Virus record (IMG/VR): IMGVR_UViG_3300036855_000054
Coordinates: 1-64,000 of that record
Strand: one strand, 5' to 3'
Source: a virus
Taxonomy: Duplodnaviria; Caudoviricetes
Length of the DNA stretch: 64,000 nt
Position numbers and translations under genes: made by a program. Below are positions 36,201-45,272 of the stretch, piece by piece (position 1 is the first letter of the stretch; each line of letters starts with the position of its first letter). A model generated the notes under the pieces. That model was not told the DNA's origin, made no database searches, and worked only from the letters and a program-made list of their open reading frames with translations.

Positions 36201-36704
36201 ACCCGCGGCAGCGACCCCGATGAGCGCCGCCTTGGACATGCCCAGCTTGCCCAGGAAGCCGTCGGCTTTGGCGCTGCTACCAGTCCAAGCCTCACCGAGC
36301 GCCTTGTTGGACACCGCCGCCTTGTCCCCCGCGGCGGCCATCGCCGTCGACAGTTCGGCGGTGCGCGCCGCCATCGCCCCGTAGGAGGCTTCGACCTCAA
36401 CGGACATGGCCTGCGCCGACGCCGCCACTTCCGCGAAAGAGGCTTTGATGCGGTCGTTCTCGGCCTGCATCTCCGTGGCGGCAGCGGTGGTTGCGCCCGT
36501 GTCGATCGCCGCGCCGCCCGCCGCCGCGCCCAGATCAGCACCGGCGCCCATGGAGGCCATGCGGGCGTCCAGTTCGGCCATGGCCGCGGTCTGGGACTCC
36601 ACAAACGCCGTCATCCGGGCTTCGGCCTCGGTCAGCCCAGCGGTGTAACCGGCTACATCAGCACCCAAGATCGCGATGAGCGGAGGCAAAAAATCGTCGG
36701 CCAC
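33267..36704 (-). CDS. Tape measure protein (TP901-like)
   Basis: 1145 aa, ELAQAMY.VES, W/F-spaced repeats, LGIHSPSTV. Confidence 0.93.
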   Translation of the reverse strand: MADDFLPPLIAILGADVAGYTAGLTEAEARMTAFVESQTAAMAELDARMASMGAGADLGAAAGGAAIDTGATTAAATEMQAENDRIKASFAEVAASAQAMSVEVEASYGAMAARTAELSTAMAAAGDKAAVSNKALGEAWTGSSAKADGFLGKLGMSKAALIGVAAAGIGAAVETVKMAGDFNMATERLVTSAGESQQQIGMVRDGILSMAGAVGYSTTELAQAMYTVESGGQHGAAGLKVLQAAAEGAKTENADLVTVADAVTSVLQDYHLKASDSADVTSKLVAATSQGKTTFEQLAASMSAVLPVASANHVSLNDILGDLASMTVHGMSAQQVTQNLSDTIRHMAAPTQAQSKELAILGINSQQLSTDLGTKGLSGTIQEVAHAIQNNMGSSATQVVLNLNNALKGLPKSVQDLGAKVLDGSMSMKDFTAAAKGMNVISDKQVTSFAALAGSTHVIGTTQMDGAHVMQSYTGALRAAMGDATGLNTALMLTGENTQTTSNAINVVSGATAEAGGHVKGWAEIQAQFNTKLTEAKDGLGALATSIGEKLLPVVTPLIGALATAAQWLAQHKTAATILATVIGSVVVAAMVALTVAFWGWAASMFAAATAATVLDIALAPFIAIVAAVVAGIALLAFAAYELITHWGAVKSFFTGLWDDVKGAFDAGVRAVKTAWDDLVGGFTNPQAAIGKSVSAFEHFFLSIGEWARRAVDDVRHFFSSIGNAIVTPFRVAFDAAKALFSMSPAQLGEALGRGLGELTRALYDFGVRAIRGLIDGVTSGYTAVTTWFHNLPGMIERFFVGIDVWLLTDGRRMLDGFLHGIVTGFQATMSWFAALHGRFLQFTVNAGTWLLHAGQDLLTGLWHGIVAGFNATIAFFVALPGEIGRFFAAAPSWLYQAGSDILSGLWNGFTGFIGTIYHGIADFIGGFIRGFKQGLGIASPSTVMAGIGGDIVRGLWNGVVSLWNGFLGFVGGLPRTIIGMFAGAGEWLKSAGYNLIVGFWNGVQQLAGWVYNQAVSWANSVMNGIKGALGIHSPSTVAAQAGMFLAQGLAQGIDSYAHQAVAAAASMASRVSGALTGASGFTGSITGSALAGSTITTSGGQGGTLQVVVQGNVWTTQDLVKELQTQLLRHDIRNGNAGIAYSFA

Positions 36705-36742
36705 GGCTCACCCCCCGGGGTTTGTTGCCGTGACAGAACGGG

Positions 36743-37168
36743 TCAGCGGATGGTTGCCCACATGGCCCGGAAGATGGCCCCCACCTTGTGCCGGGCCTCC
36801 TGGAATGCCGGTTTCAAATACGGCCGGGCGGGAAGCCTCGCCCCGCGCCCCGCCGTGCCCCCGAGTTCTTGGATGCGGGCGTAGACCTTGGTGGGCCCAA
36901 CCTTGGCCTCGAACCGGTCCAGGCCCACATGCGTCACCGGGGTGACCGTGACAGAGGACTTCAACGCGCCCGTGATCATCGCCGGGGGCTCACCCGGGGA
37001 GGACGGGGTGGGGGTGCGCCGGGCGTGTTCCTTGAGCATCAGCTTGTCCACAGTGTCCCGAGCGACCTGCTCCGCCGCCGCCTTCACCGCCAGATCGGTC
37101 ACCGCCCGAGCCGCCGCGATCCGCCCGGCGAGCGCGGCGTTGAACTCCGCCCCGCCCTGCATCGGCAT
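36743..37168 (-). CDS. HK97 gp10-like tail completion protein
   Basis: PGEPPA.ITGALKSS, YARIQELG, LPARPYLKPA. Confidence 0.82.
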   Translation of the reverse strand: MPMQGGAEFNAALAGRIAAARAVTDLAVKAAAEQVARDTVDKLMLKEHARRTPTPSSPGEPPAMITGALKSSVTVTPVTHVGLDRFEAKVGPTKVYARIQELGGTAGRGARLPARPYLKPAFQEARHKVGAIFRAMWATIR

Positions 37169-37182
37169 GCCGCTTCCCCCTC

Positions 37183-37769
37183 TTACTTGCTGTCGATACG
37201 GCGCTGCTCCTCCTCGTGGCGCAGTGCAGCGATGTGCGGCGCCCGGGCCACGAACCAGGCGGGCATCGCCGCCACCTCCGCCGGGGTTTTGCCGTACTCG
37301 TGCAGCCACCACTCCAGCGCCATCACCCGCTCCCACAACTCCGGCTCACCCGGAGCTGGGGGCTTCCGGGGGGCGAGGCCCGCGAAACGCGCCGCTATGC
37401 GTTCGCGGGCGTGGTAGGGGACCCCGGGTCCTCGAGCTGCTTATCCGACGGCTCGGCCGGGGTGGGGAACAGCAGTGCCCGGGCGGGCGCGAGGGCTTCC
37501 TCGAGCTTGTGGTTATCCGGCAGCCGCAGCTCGCGCAGTAGCTTCGGGTTGGCCACCGGCAGCGCATGCGGGTCGCTGAGGTACGGCACGTACCAGTCCT
37601 TGATCATCAGGAGCTTCAGCCCGGTGGTGAGGTCGTACGCGAAGTCGAACGGGCGCCCCTCGTCCGGTTTCGGCATCTGCCGCATCAGGTCTTCCTGGTC
37701 CCCGGCGATGATGGTCTCCGGGTCCCGTAGTTCCACCCACGCCCCGTCTGTGGGCAGGTCAACGCGCAT
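37183..37769 (-). CDS. Tail assembly chaperone G (37395-37769) and -1 frameshift extension GT (to 37183)
   Basis: Located between the tail tube and tape measure genes; overlapping -1 ORF ...YGKTPAEVAAMPAW. Confidence 0.72.
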
Positions 37770-37781
37770 GCAGCCCTCCGA

Positions 37782-39044
37782 TCACAGGTAGGTGTTGGAG
37801 CCGAGGGCGTTGGTGATAGTCACCTTGCCGGGACTGCCGCCACCCGAGCCGCCGGCATTGGTCACGTTGGCGAGGGCGTCGAAGGTGAGCTTGTAGCGGA
37901 TGTTCGCCTTGCTGACGTCCATGGTGGCGGCGGCGAACGCGGCCTGCTGGCAGTCCACCTGCACCTTGACGTCCGCGGCCCCGGCCTGCCCGTTGTCCAA
38001 GAGGAACTGGAACTGGGGCTGCGTGTTCTGCAACATGTAGTTCAGGCCGGACTCGTCGGCGGCGATGACCTCCAACTCCCCGGAGATGTCAAGCTCGCCG
38101 CGCTGGATGATGTACGGGGTCTGCACACCCGACACCGTGAAGTCCGGTTCCAGCTTCCGCTTGAAGCTGATCTTCCCGCTCGGGACGGCCTTCACCAGGG
38201 TTCCGCCCGTCGCCGGACCACCGAGACCGATCACACCCCGCCACGACGCGATGGGCAGCACCGCCGACGGGGCCGACACCGGCAGCGCCCCCGCCGCAGC
38301 CGACGGCCAGGACGTCCACTTGGAGGTCATCATGAGCAGTTCGGTCTCGGCGTTGAACGTGAGTTCGAGGTCCGAGCAGCAGGAGCCCGCGAACACCCGC
38401 GCACCCACCGTCGGGGTCACCCCCGAGTAGTGCGTGACGGTGTGCGTCGGGGGCTGGCCCTGCTGGTAGGCGCCCGTCGCACCAGAGTTGAGCAGGGAGA
38501 ACGCGTGCGTGAACGGGGCCACCACCCCGATCACCGCCACCGCCGAGGCGTGCGGATAGGCCAGCGGCGCCGCACCCGCCGCAAGCGGGATCGTGTACGG
38601 GCCGGCGCCGGACGGGGTGCCCGTCTTGCGCACCTCGGCGAGGTTGCCGGTGTCGATCAGGATGGTCGTCCCAGCGGTGATCGACACCGCCGTGGTGATC
38701 GACGTGGCCCCTGCGGTGGTCGACGCGGACAGCGTGGTCGTGGGGCTGCCCGTCGTCCCCGTCGGCACGCAGTCCCCGAACAGGTTCGCCAGGATGAACG
38801 GCAACGTGTCGCCGAACACGGGTCCGTCGAGGCTGAACTCGTTGACGATCGGACCTTGCTGGCGACCATAGATGCTGGTCATCCAGCCGCGCATGCCCTT
38901 GTCGTCCAGCCACTTAGGTTTGTCTTCCCAGGTGATTTTCTGGGGCAGCAGCGTGTTGGTCATCGCCAGCGGAGTCCCGGGGGTCGCCTCGAGGGCGATC
39001 CCCGCGAACTGCCGCATCGAGCTGTAGGTGGCGGTCTGCGCCAT
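37782..39044 (-). CDS. Major tail tube protein
   Basis: GIALEATPG, DKGMRG, FTHAFSL; position. Confidence 0.85.
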   Translation of the reverse strand: MAQTATYSSMRQFAGIALEATPGTPLAMTNTLLPQKITWEDKPKWLDDKGMRGWMTSIYGRQQGPIVNEFSLDGPVFGDTLPFILANLFGDCVPTGTTGSPTTTLSASTTAGATSITTAVSITAGTTILIDTGNLAEVRKTGTPSGAGPYTIPLAAGAAPLAYPHASAVAVIGVVAPFTHAFSLLNSGATGAYQQGQPPTHTVTHYSGVTPTVGARVFAGSCCSDLELTFNAETELLMMTSKWTSWPSAAAGALPVSAPSAVLPIASWRGVIGLGGPATGGTLVKAVPSGKISFKRKLEPDFTVSGVQTPYIIQRGELDISGELEVIAADESGLNYMLQNTQPQFQFLLDNGQAGAADVKVQVDCQQAAFAAATMDVSKANIRYKLTFDALANVTNAGGSGGGSPGKVTITNALGSNTYL

Positions 39045-39047
39045 GGC

Positions 39048-39287
39048 TCAGCCCTCCTTCGTGGTGGTGCCGGCGGGCTGGGCCGGTGCCCAGTGCTGAT
39101 CCGGTGGGCCATCGGCGCCCCAGTCGACGACGTCGCCGGGCTGTACCCAGCGGGACACGCGGTCCGGGGGCAGGTAGATAGCGGCGTACCCGCCGGTGAA
39201 CGTGAACTCGGCGCACTGCTGCTCGACGAACGGTTCCGGGGCAGGCTTCGATGGCCCCGCCGAGGACGGGGCCTTGGGATCAGCCAT
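39048..39287 (-). CDS. Small virion-region protein
   Basis: VQPGDVVD motif; RBS. Confidence 0.6.
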   Translation of the reverse strand: MADPKAPSSAGPSKPAPEPFVEQQCAEFTFTGGYAAIYLPPDRVSRWVQPGDVVDWGADGPPDQHWAPAQPAGTTTKEG

Positions 39288-39299
39288 TGAGCGGGGCTC

Positions 39300-39845
39300 C
39301 TATGCGATCAGGTATTCATCAGCAGCAAAAGTGCAGCGCAGTAGCGCCTCGGTTTTCTCGGCGTGGCTCACCGGGTCACCCACCACCCAGCGGATACCGG
39401 GGGTGCCGCCCTCGCCGACCTGGAAACCGCCCGCCTCGATCCCCCCCGAACCGCAGGTTCGGTCGGCGTGGATGCGGGCCATGATGGCGTCCCGCAGCGC
39501 GTACTCGGCGTCCTGCACGTCCTCCGCATAAGCCGACTCGGAGCGGATCAGCACATCCATGGTCACGTCGTGGCGGACCCGTTTCAGCCCGTACAGGGAC
39601 CCGCCGTACGCCTCCCGGATCTCGTCACCAGGGTTGAGCAGGACGTACATCATGCAGCCCGTCGGGGCGCCCACCTGGCCCAGATAGAAGTCGGCGTTGT
39701 CGAACCGTTTCGGGCGGCCACGGCGGACCACGCCCATCGCCAGGCCGGGCACGGACAACTGCGGGGTCCGGTAAGTGCGGGTCTGCGGGTCGTATTCCCC
39801 GGAAAAATAGGTGCACAGGGTGTCGGCGACGGTGGCGGCGGTCAT
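39300..39845 (-). CDS. Tail terminator-like protein
   Basis: DAIMARIHADRTCG; synteny. Confidence 0.65.
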   Translation of the reverse strand: MTAATVADTLCTYFSGEYDPQTRTYRTPQLSVPGLAMGVVRRGRPKRFDNADFYLGQVGAPTGCMMYVLLNPGDEIREAYGGSLYGLKRVRHDVTMDVLIRSESAYAEDVQDAEYALRDAIMARIHADRTCGSGGIEAGGFQVGEGGTPGIRWVVGDPVSHAEKTEALLRCTFAADEYLIA

Positions 39846-40735
39846 CAGAAAACTCGCCGGTACGGCTCGAGGAGGTGCTCGGCCTCAAATATCAACCCGG
39901 AGCCGTCCTTGCGACTATCAGCCAGCCGCGTGGAGATGCCACCCCGCATATCCGGGAACGCATCCTCGGCCGACGAGTCGGGGCGCATGAGCAGCGCGAT
40001 CGTGTACAGCGCAGAGGCCTCGAAAACGTCGTGCGGCATGACGCTGACCCGGGTCGGGGTGGTCGTGGTGTGCGCGCCGGCCAGGCCAGCCGTGAGCGGC
40101 AGAGACCCCGGGCCGGTGGCGGGTGCCCATGTGCTGGCCACGGTGACCGGCTCGTCCAGGCCGGGATCGAAGATCCGCAGCGCATCCCCGGGCTGGACGC
40201 CGGTGGTGTCACCAACAGGCAGGGACGTGGCACCCGCGATCACATCGCTGGTCAGCAGCGTGTTCGGGTACCCGGCGATGTAGGCGAGAGTTGCGTACGA
40301 GTCCCGCCCCGGTGGCGGGCCACCGAACTGCAGCGACCCTGACCATGAGGTGGTGGCCGCCGACAAGTCCAGCACGATCGTTCGACCGTCCTCGATGAAC
40401 GCCGCAGGGGAGTTGTAGGTCGTGAGACTCCCGAGGGTCGGCCCGTACTGCAGGCTGCTCACCGACACGACAGGGATGTGGTCCGGATGCCACAGGATCC
40501 GGCCGTGCCGGTCCGGTCGGATCCGCTTGTTCTCCGTCCGTTGATGCGCGGTCAGGGTGCCCTCGGCGCCCATCTCCACATAGCTGTCTACCCACCGCGT
40601 AGACATCATCAGCAGCTTGTGCAGGATGGCGGTCTGATCAGCAGGCTGCAGGTCACCGCTTCGGAGCCCAAGAACATCCAGCAGCGTGGGGTATTCGATG
40701 AACTCGCCGGTGGTGCAGTAGGGGACGGTCAGCAC
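39845..40735 (-). CDS. Head-to-tail adaptor
   Basis: PYCT..EF, YIAGYP, AEHLLEPYRR. Confidence 0.75.
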   Translation of the reverse strand: MLTVPYCTTGEFIEYPTLLDVLGLRSGDLQPADQTAILHKLLMMSTRWVDSYVEMGAEGTLTAHQRTENKRIRPDRHGRILWHPDHIPVVSVSSLQYGPTLGSLTTYNSPAAFIEDGRTIVLDLSAATTSWSGSLQFGGPPPGRDSYATLAYIAGYPNTLLTSDVIAGATSLPVGDTTGVQPGDALRIFDPGLDEPVTVASTWAPATGPGSLPLTAGLAGAHTTTTPTRVSVMPHDVFEASALYTIALLMRPDSSAEDAFPDMRGGISTRLADSRKDGSGLIFEAEHLLEPYRRVF

Positions 40736-40748
40736 GGCGCCCCCTCGG

Positions 40749-41177
40749 TCACTTCCTCTTCCGGCCCTTCAGCGCCGCGGACAGCTTCTGCCTCGTCGCC
40801 GACGACACGGCATGCCCCTTGTGTGGGTGCTTTTTTCCCTTGAGGGAGGCGCTGAGCTTGGCCCTCGCCGACGCGCTCATCAAATGCCCCCGGTGGGGAT
40901 GGTGCTTACCGCGCAGCGCCGCGCTGATCTTGGCGCGGGTCGCGCTGCTCACCGCATGCCCACGATGCGGATGCGACCGGCCCTTCAGCGCCGCCGATAT
41001 GCGGGCACGGGCCTGAGCGGACATGGCGTGCCCGCGGTGCGGGTGCCGGCGCCCAACCCGCGCGGCGCGGGCTGCTGCGGACTGGTGATACGGGCGGCGC
41101 GGCGCGTGTGACCCGCGATGCGGGTGCGGTTTCCCCCGCCTCGAGGAGGGGCTACGGCGAGCCGGGTGCCGTGCCAT
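40749..41177 (-). CDS. Highly basic protein of tandem NUMOD3-like repeats
   Basis: Four copies of HPHRGHxxSxxxRAKISAALKGK. Confidence 0.75.
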   Translation of the reverse strand: MARHPARRSPSSRRGKPHPHRGSHAPRRPYHQSAAARAARVGRRHPHRGHAMSAQARARISAALKGRSHPHRGHAVSSATRAKISAALRGKHHPHRGHLMSASARAKLSASLKGKKHPHKGHAVSSATRQKLSAALKGRKRK

Positions 41178-41337
41178 GGCACACCCGCAGCCACCCGGCC
41201 GCCGGGTAGACCGCCACCTCCGCGTCCTGCCCGTCGGTGTCCAGCACGGTGAGGCACTGGTGGTGCGCGTCCACCACCCAGTCCGTCGCAGTGGGGTACG
41301 TGTCGTCCCCGTCGGCGGTCCGGACGATCACCGCCAT
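41152..41337 (-). CDS. Hypothetical protein
   Basis: VAVYPAAGW; GGAGG RBS; coupled. Confidence 0.55.
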   Translation of the reverse strand: MAVIVRTADGDDTYPTATDWVVDAHHQCLTVLDTDGQDAEVAVYPAAGWLRVCHGTAPGSP

Positions 41338-41600
41338 CAGGTGGCCTCCTCCGGTAGTTCGCGGATCCACATGCCGTGGGTGCAGCCCACGACATGCCCG
41401 GCATCAGCGGGCCAGCCACCGGGGAAGTCCTCCGGGCACAGCGGGGGCTTCGATGCTGACGGGTTGTCCTTCACCGGGTAGATCGCGTTGTCCGGGCTGT
41501 TGGGGTCCTTCGCCGCAACCGGTTTCGCGGCGGGTTTGGTCGCGGGCTTCGCCACCGGCGCCTGGTGCTCAGGCTCGGTCGGCTTCTGCGCGGCAGGCAT
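41337..41600 (-). CDS. Hypothetical protein
   Basis: AK-rich N-terminus, C...GCTHGMW. Confidence 0.55.
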   Translation of the reverse strand: MPAAQKPTEPEHQAPVAKPATKPAAKPVAAKDPNSPDNAIYPVKDNPSASKPPLCPEDFPGGWPADAGHVVGCTHGMWIRELPEEAT

Positions 41601-41862
41601 CGTGGGGTTCCTCTCGGTGGCATGAGGCGCCGCAGCGCCCGCAGGTCGTGAAGTAGGCGACGAAACCGCAGGACCCGCACCGGTAGCCCCCGGCTGGCTG
41701 GCCACCCAGGTTGACCGGGAACGCCCCCAGATCCCGGAGGGCCTTCTCATGCTGCGGATTGGTGACCTCGACGATGCGGCCCTGATAGTTGGTGGTGCGG
41801 CCGGTGCGGGCGCCCTCGACCTGGACGCCCGTCACCGCACCGTCAGGCATGGCCAGCCGCAC
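41569..41862 (-). CDS. Zinc-ribbon protein
   Basis: GYRCGSCGF...CGRCG. Confidence 0.6.
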   Translation of the reverse strand: MRLAMPDGAVTGVQVEGARTGRTTNYQGRIVEVTNPQHEKALRDLGAFPVNLGGQPAGGYRCGSCGFVAYFTTCGRCGASCHREEPHDACRAEADRA

Positions 41863-41865
41863 TGG

Positions 41866-43596
41866 TCAGGCCTTCGTGATCCCGCTGAGACACCCGTTCC
41901 ACTGCGGGGCGTAGCAGATGAACGTCCCGAACCAGTACGACGAGGTGTCGTAGGTGAACTGCAGCACCGGCCAGTCCACACCCATGTAGTCCTGCACGTT
42001 CACCACGGACCACACGTTGCTGACCTGCGAATCCGGCAGAGGCAGCGTGTCCGAGAGGATCGGCACGACCCCCTGCGGCAGCCACGGGTGCACCTCGAAC
42101 TCGACGCGCTTACCCGTCACCTCGTTGAGGACCGCCACCGCCACGTCACCGAGGGTCACACCGGAGATTTCGTCCTGCGTGATCTTCAGTTGGTAGTTGG
42201 TGGAGTTCCCGGTCTTCAGCGCCTCGGAGAGCTGCTTGCGGTCGGCGCCGTTGAACAACGCCCTGTCCGGGTCGGCCTTCACCGAGTCGTAGAGGCTGGA
42301 GAAACCGGACTGCAGTTCGGTTCCGGCGCTTCCACCGGTCGCGAACGCGGCGTTGATCTTCTTGTTGTACCCGGAGTTGGCGCCCATCACGATCGGCAGG
42401 ATGCCGTCATAGGCCGCCGGGTAGGCGGAGGTGTCCGAGGTGGGCACCGTCTTCCCGCCGGTGGGGAGCGCGCCCTGCAGGACGATCTTCCCTCCGGTCG
42501 GGAGGCCAGAGACGCGCTGCCAGAACCAGCGGGACGCGTCCCCCGGATCCGACGCGCCGGTGGACACGTAATAGTTGTAGCCCAGTGCCTGCGCGGCGTC
42601 GGTGAAGGCCAGGTCCACGACGTGCCCGGAGGTGACGGCCACGGTCGCGGCGGCGGTGGCCACGGACTCGCCGAACGCCCCCGCATCAGAGGTGACCTTG
42701 ACGTAGATGTTGGTGGTCACCCCGGACAGCGCAGTCTCCCCGGCGGCCGGTGCCCGGTCGGTGAGGGTCACACCGGTAGGGGCGGCCATGGCCCCGGAGA
42801 ACCCGGAAGTGGTGCCGCGGTTCATGAGCAGCAGCCGCTCCTCCATCAGCATGCTGGAGTACAGCAGGCTGGTGCGGGACAGCGACCGAATGTCCTGGTA
42901 GCCCTGGCCGGCGAACTGCGCGGACCAGGTCACCTCATCCGAGACGCCGTTCTGCACGTAGGGCACGGTGACGTCGTACCCGGCGTAGCTGATCTTCGGG
43001 CCCCGGTGGTAGTACAGCGAGTTACTGGCACCGGAAACCGCGAAGTTCGTCTGCGTGCTGTCCACGATGCCGGGGTGAAGGTTCCCCACACCGCCGGTGC
43101 CCGAGCCGGTGATACCGGAGATCACCTTGAACTTGTGGCTGGTGCCGTACCCGCGAGTACGGGGGATACGGTTCCGCAGCGGCGTCGGCCGCGGAAAAAG
43201 CATTTTCGCAGGAGCCTCAAGGTCGAAAGCGACCAAACCGGTCGAAATCGGGTTGGTGAGGTTGATGTCCTTCGTCAGGCTCGGGGTCGCGGCCTTCAAC
43301 TGCTCGAGGGCTGCCGACACCGACGCGAGGTCATCCTCGGAGAGGCCCTTGCGAATGTCCGGGGTCAGAGACTTGGACAGCGCATCGTACGCCGAGGTGG
43401 GCGCCTGGGCGCGGCCGAACTCGATGCGCTGGCCCTTGGCGAACCCGGCGACGTCCTCCCGGGACACCTCCCGCTGGGGGGCGACGTCGATGGCCTTGGT
43501 GAGTTCATCGAACCGTGCCGACACCTCGGCGGCGGGGAGTTTCGGCGCCTCAGGGCGCTCGCCGAACAGCAGTTCGACGTTAGCGGGGAGAGCCAC
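41866..43596 (-). CDS. Major capsid protein with an inserted beta-sandwich domain
   Basis: FDLEAPAK, TPLRNRIPR, MEERLLL, YDGI, VHPWLPQG; AAGGAG RBS. Confidence 0.85.
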   Translation of the reverse strand: MALPANVELLFGERPEAPKLPAAEVSARFDELTKAIDVAPQREVSREDVAGFAKGQRIEFGRAQAPTSAYDALSKSLTPDIRKGLSEDDLASVSAALEQLKAATPSLTKDINLTNPISTGLVAFDLEAPAKMLFPRPTPLRNRIPRTRGYGTSHKFKVISGITGSGTGGVGNLHPGIVDSTQTNFAVSGASNSLYYHRGPKISYAGYDVTVPYVQNGVSDEVTWSAQFAGQGYQDIRSLSRTSLLYSSMLMEERLLLMNRGTTSGFSGAMAAPTGVTLTDRAPAAGETALSGVTTNIYVKVTSDAGAFGESVATAAATVAVTSGHVVDLAFTDAAQALGYNYYVSTGASDPGDASRWFWQRVSGLPTGGKIVLQGALPTGGKTVPTSDTSAYPAAYDGILPIVMGANSGYNKKINAAFATGGSAGTELQSGFSSLYDSVKADPDRALFNGADRKQLSEALKTGNSTNYQLKITQDEISGVTLGDVAVAVLNEVTGKRVEFEVHPWLPQGVVPILSDTLPLPDSQVSNVWSVVNVQDYMGVDWPVLQFTYDTSSYWFGTFICYAPQWNGCLSGITKA

Positions 43597-43667
43597 GAAA
43601 CGGCTCCTTTCACAAGAAAACCCCGCACACCGGCGGGGTGAAGGGGGGAAACGGGCAGGGAAACGCG

Positions 43668-45221
43668 CTACGCGGCTGCCTTCTCCAGCAGTTGCCGCGC
43701 CCGCTCCCGGTAGCCCTGCGCGAGATAGGTGTCCGTGGCCGCCGCTGCCTTCCGCAGCAGGTCGTTGGCCTCGGATTCCATCCGCGTGGCGTCGGTGTTG
43801 CGGGCCTGCGCTTCCTGGGTTGCGGTGCGTGTGAGCACCGGTCCTCCCGGTTCCGGCAGCGCCAAAGCCTTCGCGAGATCGGCCTCCAGCGCCTTCATGC
43901 GCTCCTCGGAGGTCTTCAACGCGTCAGCGACAGCGCTCTTCACCAGCTCGGTGAGGTGCGCATCATCATCGGTCGGGCCCGGCTTCTCGGGCTCGGAGGT
44001 CTCGGTCTTCACGGTGGTGGGCTGGGCGGCCATCAGCACGGTCTCCTCGGTTGGGCGCTCGTACGGCGCGTCGGTCTCACCGGCGGCGGCTTCGCCCTCC
44101 CACCAGCACATCAAGTACTTCAGCGAGCACAGCAGTTCCCCGACGTCGCACAACTCCGGGTCGCCCTCGGACAGTTCGTCCAGTTCGGCCTTGATGAGGC
44201 TGATCAGCCCGTCGCGGACAGCGGCGATCTCCGCCGGGTCGTGGGTCTGCTCCCCGTCGACCTTGGTCAGATCCGGGTCGGCGCCCTTCCACCCGTCGGG
44301 GACCAGGTTCTCCTTACCGAGCGCCTTCGCGCGGGCCTTGATGTGGGCCTTCGCTTTCGCGGGGTCCTTCGCCCGGCCGATCGCCTGAATAGCGTTCTTC
44401 AAGTCGGCCACCGACTTGATCGGGAACGACCCGTCTGGGAGCGCTTGGTCCTTGTCGGCGGCGTCATCCCGCTCGGACTGGGTGAACTGCCGCTTCCCGA
44501 GTTCGGCGACGATGCGCTTCACGATCTCATCGGAGTCGAACCCGGCGCCCTTCACCTCGACGGTGACCCGCTGCGCGTCGCCGCCGGTGTCCTCGGCCGC
44601 GGGCTGCCGCTCCAGCTCGCCCTCCTCCGTGACCTGCTCGGCGGGTGCCCCGGTGGCCTCGTCCGTCAGCGCGCTGGTCTTGCTCAGCGACTTCGCCAGA
44701 TCGGCCGGGGTGGGCACTGGCATTACGGCTGCATCCTCGGCTTCCACTGGCTCAAACGGGGCATCGACACCCGCCGCCTTGCAGATCATCATCTTGGCCG
44801 TCGGCAGGCACGGCCGGTCAACGTAGGAGGTTTCGCAGATTGAGCCGCCCGCGATCCACTCCTGACCATCCCGCTTGCGGATCACCGGCGTCTTGACGCC
44901 GATCGAGTAGCCCTTGAGCGCGCCCGCCTCGATCTTCTTCGCGGTGCCCGGGTCGACGACCTTCGACTTGATGTACCAGTCGTCGCCGTCATTGGTCAGC
45001 TCGACACCGACACCAGCGCACACAGGCTGGTGCATCTCGCGGATGTTGCCCCACTCGAACCAGGCGGGCATGGCCGTCTTGAGCCACTCCGGGTCGCAAC
45101 GCTGCCCGTCCATGTCCAGATCGGATCCGGTGGCCTTGCCGTACACCAGCAGGTCGCCGTTGTCGTCCCGCTCCGACTTGGTGATGTCGGCCGCGTAGAC
45201 ATAGGTCAGCGTGTCAGCCAT
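43668..45221 (-). CDS. Prohead protease / DUF6582 / scaffold fusion
   Basis: NIREMH, LKGYSIG, ETSYVDRPC; ALPDGSFPIK...LKNAIQAIGRAK; C-terminal coil. Confidence 0.85.
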   Translation of the reverse strand: MADTLTYVYAADITKSERDDNGDLLVYGKATGSDLDMDGQRCDPEWLKTAMPAWFEWGNIREMHQPVCAGVGVELTNDGDDWYIKSKVVDPGTAKKIEAGALKGYSIGVKTPVIRKRDGQEWIAGGSICETSYVDRPCLPTAKMMICKAAGVDAPFEPVEAEDAAVMPVPTPADLAKSLSKTSALTDEATGAPAEQVTEEGELERQPAAEDTGGDAQRVTVEVKGAGFDSDEIVKRIVAELGKRQFTQSERDDAADKDQALPDGSFPIKSVADLKNAIQAIGRAKDPAKAKAHIKARAKALGKENLVPDGWKGADPDLTKVDGEQTHDPAEIAAVRDGLISLIKAELDELSEGDPELCDVGELLCSLKYLMCWWEGEAAAGETDAPYERPTEETVLMAAQPTTVKTETSEPEKPGPTDDDAHLTELVKSAVADALKTSEERMKALEADLAKALALPEPGGPVLTRTATQEAQARNTDATRMESEANDLLRKAAAATDTYLAQGYRERARQLLEKAAA

Positions 45222-45272
45222 CAGGCGTGCTCCTTACGGCCATCCGGCCAGGCACAAGGGGAAAATCTCTTC

